This document shows positions 61,401-64,000 of a stretch of 64,000 nt of DNA, in pieces. Where the stretch lies: positions 992,001 to 1,056,000 of the forward strand of contig NC_043021.1 in assembly GCF_006345805.1 (NCBI RefSeq). The letters run 5' to 3'. This stretch comes from Octopus sinensis (lineage: Eukaryota). The notes under the pieces were generated by a model that did no database searches, was not told the DNA's origin, and worked only from the letters and a program-made list of their open reading frames with translations. The stretch's first letter is position 1, and each line of letters begins with the position of its first letter. A program made the translations under genes and the position numbers.

Positions 61401-61956
61401 CTTGAAGCTATGAGATAAAGCAGGATTAATTCAAAACAATGGCAATAAATAAGTATTAGATTTGACATAGAAATCTAAATGCTAAGCAGATTCTATCAGG
61501 TGCTGCTTTTAAAGTTAAACATTGCCTGGACCAATTTTTGGCCAAAATGTAACCAAGTATGTAGTATATATATTCAGGTTTTTTTTTTTTAATGTAGGTT
61601 TTAAGAAATTTACTTTATTAAATTATTTATATTTTTGAAGAAATACGTTTTGCTTCTGTTCTTTATAATTGAATATTTTAATATTTCAGGTGAAATTCTT
61701 CAATAACATAACCCCATTGGAATTTATATCAGATGCAGAAGCTGTGAATAAAGTTAGAAGCTGCTTGGAGAGAATCCATTCAAGTGAGGGAAACGGTCAG
61801 AATTTGCCGATGATGGAATGCTGCATCAAATCCTTTACTGGACGTAATTCCGTCTGTTACGAAATATTTGATACACTGATAGGAAGCAGTTGTTGTTCCA
61901 CTGTGCCATTAATTAATGAGGATCTCGTGAACCCAGAAGAGAACATTTCTAGCTAA
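34520..61956 (+). CDS. POT1: Protection of telomeres protein 1, 12 confident coding exons, 588 aa plus start Met (gene span)
   Basis: Exons 34520-34631, 36204-36343, 37176-37316, 38259-38369, 42203-42276, 43491-43626, 45333-45609, 54275-54424, 55233-55395, 55883-55986, 58555-58646, 61690-61956; all GT-AG and in frame (1767 nt). Motifs match human POT1: VDVYGIVKF..PFKTKGTDY, IIRFHRL, YFDFLCQ, VWDGT, LHRGTSYGRGI, ECCIKSF...CYEIFDT. Confidence 0.96.
34681..34905 (-). mobile_element. tRNA-headed SINE (representative well-preserved copy)
   Basis: The reverse complement has a B-box-like GTTCAAATTCC followed by GACTTTGCCTTTCATC...AGTACCAG. Related copies near 33260-33470, 34250-34400, 42350-42520, 43845-44020 and 62880-63030. 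Confidence 0.75.
36204..36343 (+). CDS. POT1: POT1 exon (DYLLIVTIVD...IIRFHRLQ)
   Basis: tttttcag acceptor, GTAAAT donor; RFHRL motif. Confidence 0.96.
37176..37316 (+). CDS. POT1: POT1 exon (VNLHNGELQG...TNVDRKM)
   Basis: tttctag acceptor, GTGAGA donor; 47 codons. Confidence 0.93.
38259..38369 (+). CDS. POT1: POT1 exon (IERLIRV...YFDFLCQ), start of OB2
   Basis: ttttgtag acceptor, GTAAGT donor. Confidence 0.94.
38913..39960 (-). mobile_element. Internally deleted piggyBac transposon in a POT1 intron
   Basis: TIRs CCCTTTCGTTAC / GTAACGAAAGGG; TTAA TSD at 38909-38912 and 39961-39964. ORF 39681-39250 has an acidic N-terminus and FFLLF...AETNRYA...WFPTTLNEIK (piggyBac transposase N-terminus). 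Confidence 0.92.
42203..42276 (+). CDS. POT1: POT1 exon (VVAVSVVEEGVCFLIQVWDGTRPS)
   Basis: ctttag acceptor, GTGAGT donor; VWDGT motif. Confidence 0.94.
43491..43626 (+). CDS. POT1: POT1 exon (PLYTVETVERN...VFDDHFDKAATIK)
   Basis: ttttacag acceptor, GT donor; VFDDH corresponds to human VYDNH. Confidence 0.93.
44325..44399. repeat. 5 x 15 bp tandem (CACACAGTGGGCTTC) inside a SINE
   Basis: Direct inspection. Confidence 0.9.
45333..45609 (+). CDS. POT1: POT1 exon (PGMFIKFFNLH...LHRGTSYGRGI...KVKT)
   Basis: ttctattacag acceptor, GTAAGA donor; GTSYGRGI motif. Confidence 0.96.
45737..46097 (+). mobile_element. Putative non-autonomous Helitron-like element
   Basis: Starts with ACTAG next to (TA)n, has a 5' hairpin, and ends ...TATATATAGAGAT. 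The family assignment is inference. Confidence 0.5.
46505..48110. mobile_element. Two diverged copies of one (Helitron-like) element in head-to-head inverted orientation
   Basis: 47015-47095 is inverse to 47182-47250; 46871-46950 to 47310-47385; 46510-46690 to 47940-48090. Confidence 0.7.
48960..49180. mobile_element. piggyBac-family MITE inserted into a SINE
   Basis: CCCTTTCGATAC / GTAACGAAAGGG ends, TTAA at 48956-48959 and 49181-49184. The SINE sequence resumes on both sides (GGATGCCTTTC|TTAA|TGCCAACCAC). Confidence 0.9.
49404..51453. repeat. Tandem duplication, 2 x 1,025 bp, junctions in (CA)n
   Basis: Constant 1025 offset (49412/50437; 50401/51426); duplicated ORFs in the ORF track; no differences seen in the segments compared. 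Confidence 0.95.
52354..53277 (-). mobile_element. Internally deleted mariner element
   Basis: TIRs ..ATCCCATAAATAATG; ORF remnants IYAVYGDRTISVKRCQQWFQKFQTG (HTH) and WETMLHPP. Confidence 0.88.
53559..53821. mobile_element. Foldback element (MITE-like palindrome, ~125-bp arms, short loop)
   Basis: GTGGAGATTATTCCTTCGAAGTACCGGGTGTTAAAACACCTGA pairs with its inverse TCAGGTGTTTTAACACCTGGTACTTCGAAGGAGTAATCTCCAC. Confidence 0.85.
54275..54424 (+). CDS. POT1: POT1 linker exon (LGSSPNKMVPQ...AVLSTVT)
   Basis: cttttcgtcaatag acceptor, GTAATT donor; phase 1/1, open frame. Confidence 0.85.
55233..55395 (+). CDS. POT1: POT1 exon (IQGHQSVK...KFRLLARV...FCLQCHY), start of OB3 with first Zn CxxC
   Basis: aattccag acceptor, GTAAGT donor. 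Confidence 0.93.
55883..55986 (+). CDS. POT1: POT1 exon (TPINNYN...YRCPHCAKKTNSN), second Zn CxxC
   Basis: ctctctttag acceptor, GTAAGT donor; phase 2/1 consistent with neighbours. Confidence 0.9.
56580..57110 (+). mobile_element. RTE LINE 3' fragment
   Basis: KTKVLV...SIFYGCETW remnant and downstream RTE C-terminal similarity. Confidence 0.7.
58555..58646 (+). CDS. POT1: POT1 exon (IPVMEYIFLMKFILTDGVYYIIANLWRDEA)
   Basis: ttttacag acceptor, GTAAGT donor; corresponds to human YVFVMTFTLDDGTG. Confidence 0.94.
58668..59075 (+). mobile_element. GGATCTTTTCGGTTTG MITE with 8-bp TSD, 21 nt downstream of a POT1 splice donor
   Basis: ACACTTTT at 58660-58667 and 59076-59083; internal TTAGGGTTAGGGTTAG at 58769-58784. 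Confidence 0.88.
60820..61250 (-). mobile_element. RTE LINE 3' fragment
   Basis: Degenerate RTE C-terminal sequence on the minus strand, next to a (CAT)n-tailed SINE. Confidence 0.6.
61690..61956 (+). CDS. POT1: POT1 last exon (VKFFNN...MECCIKSF...CYEIFDT...ISS*)
   Basis: atttcag acceptor, TAA stop; corresponds to the human C-terminus LECFIKSY...CYQIFDT. Confidence 0.96.
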   Translation: MKFFNNITPLEFISDAEAVNKVRSCLERIHSSEGNGQNLPMMECCIKSFTGRNSVCYEIFDTLIGSSCCSTVPLINEDLVNPEENISS

Positions 61957-63270
61957 TGTATAAAAAAAAAAAGAACAGTCAGTTTGTTTTACAACCATGT
62001 GGTTTTCGTTTCAGTCCCAATGCACAGCCTCTTTGGCAAATGTCTTCTTCTATATTCCCCATCTGACCAGTGTGGATAAACGATTGGTTCCCTCTTTCAT
62101 TTTCCTCATTATAATCACTGACAATTTCTTTTTATGACAATGTTCTTCATTTTATTTTTGAATTCTTGGGAGATATTTCGATTCTAGTTGAACAAACTTT
62201 CTCTTCAGTTGCTGTTAATACCAAATGACAGAATTTAGTTTATTAATAAAATTTAAGAAATACTCGATCATACTCATTGACTATATTTATCCTGTTTTGG
62301 TCATTGCACTGTGGCCATGCTTGGGCACAACCACAGCAGATTCTCATCATACAAATCTAGTCCAGTACTTATTCTATCAGTCTCTTTTGATGAATTACTA
62401 AGTTAGGTGTGTAAACAAACTAACACTGGTTGTCAAGTTATGTGAGGAGACAAACACTTATAGCAGGCTTCCACATAGTTTCCATTACAAGGCATCGATT
62501 GGCCTGGGGCTACAATCGTAGACACTTGGCTCAGGTGCAATGCAATGGAAATGAGCCTGATACCATGTGGATAGAAAGCAAGTTTCTTAACTACACGGCC
62601 ATGCTTGACTATTTCTTGTTTTGTCGGGAGGGACCATGCCTATGAGCCTTCACAGGGCCATCCATACTGGTGGGAGGGAGGAGGACTAGAGTCCTGGTCT
62701 AACCCTTTGCAACAGTGTCAGGTGGTGGGGATGGTGTTAAACTGGGCAACGTAGGCCTTAGTTGGATTTGAACTCAGAACACAAAGAGAAGGAATAAATA
62801 CCACAAGGCATCTAGTCTGACGTTCTCACATTTTGTTTCAATCGATTTTGCAAATAAAGAATTTAAAAAACTAAGTTTCCTTATTAAGCTGGTGTTTAAG
62901 GCAGCAAGCTGGCGGAATCATTAGCAGACTGGGTGAAGGGCTTAGCGGCATTTCTTCCTCAGATTCTGCTGAGATCAACTTTTGTCTTTCATTCTTTGAT
63001 CAAATGACTATCAGTCAAGCACCAGGATTGATGTAAGTCAGAAATAAAGAAAACATTTTAAATGTTTTTGTTTTTTTTCTGGGGTTTATTGTTTATTGAT
63101 GCATAAAATTGAACATGTTCACCAAACATTGTGAACATATTATTCAGGAACAAGTAGATTTAGTATATTGAAAGAAAATTTCATATCTTGTGTGAAAGAG
63201 AGAGAAAGAGAAACTAGTATTTTTGATTTCCACTTTCAAAATGTATGTGATCAACTTGCATGAACTTCAG

Positions 63271-63344
<74 letters not shown>

Positions 63345-63347
<3 letters not shown>

Positions 63348-63890
63348 TACACACACACACTCACCGAAGAAATGACTAGAGACCAAGACCTTTGGAAGTA
63401 TGCTGTGCATGAGAAGACCCGGCACAACAAGTGAGACCATAACCCATGGCCTCTACCTGGGATGTAGCCAGTCCACTTATGCATACGTTTCCTTCTGGGG
63501 ACACAAAACTCTACTTGTAAAGACCTGTTGAGGCAAGTGAAAATCAAAATCAAAATCGATCAACATCAATGGAAATTGCAGCTGTGATACCAGTGCCAGT
63601 GGCATGTAAGAGAACCATCCGAACGTGGCCGTTGCCAGTGCCACCCCGACTGGCCTCCGTGCCGGTGGCACATAAAAAGCACCATCCGATCGTGGCCGTT
63701 TGCCAGCCTCGTCTGGCACATAAAAAGCACCCACTACACTCATGGAGTGGTTGGCGTTAGGAAGGGCATCCAGCCGTAGAAACATTGCCTGATCAGACTG
63801 GGCCTGGTGCTGCCTTCTGGCTTCTCAGACCCCAGTTGAACCGTTGAACCCATGCTAGCATGGAAAGCGGACGCTAAACGATGATGATAA
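63345..63890 (+). mobile_element. Well-preserved RTE-tail SINE / RTE 3' end
   Basis: GAGTGGTTGGCGTTAGGAAGGGCATCCAGCCGTAGAAAC...CCCATGCTAGCATGGAAAGCGGACGCTAAACGATGATGAT. About 20 related copies are spread through the window (e.g. 7876, 14740, 25300, 35690, 37480, 43680, 48118, 59270). Confidence 0.85.
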
Positions 63891-64000
63891 TATGTGTAAC
63901 TATATTTTACAATTTGGGTGGGCGATGTCCTTTACTTATATTGAGTAATATCTCACCCTCAGATCAAAGGTACAAATAAAGAATCCCAGCAGAACAAATC

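Overview
AT-rich, repeat-dense eukaryotic genomic DNA. The SINE/LINE/MITE content and gene structure suggest a coleoid cephalopod, probably Octopus; this is inferred from repeat style, not from a database match. I reconstructed three spliced genes by hand, all with GT-AG introns and phase-consistent exons. (1) A 6-exon, 259-aa secreted S1A (chymotrypsin-fold) serine protease on the minus strand (13272->3992), with an intact His/Asp/Ser triad but an atypical activation site, an atypical S1 pocket and 7 N-glycosylation sequons. (2) A 5-exon, 257-aa NSL1 (MIS12 kinetochore complex) on the minus strand (27011->17001). (3) POT1 on the plus strand, with 12 confident coding exons (34520->61956) and a probable start ATG in a short upstream exon at 30771. 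NSL1 and POT1 are head-to-head across a CpG-rich interval carrying NRF1, YY1 and CHR motifs. This POT1 keeps the OB3 zinc cysteines but appears to lack the HJRL insertion of vertebrate POT1. The rest is transposon debris (CR1/L2-like, RTE and RLE-type LINEs, Tc1/mariner, hAT-Buster, piggyBac, MITEs, Helitron-like elements, many SINEs), mini- and microsatellites, several long intronic hairpins, and a 1,025-bp tandem duplication. No CRISPR array, rRNA or true tRNA gene was seen.
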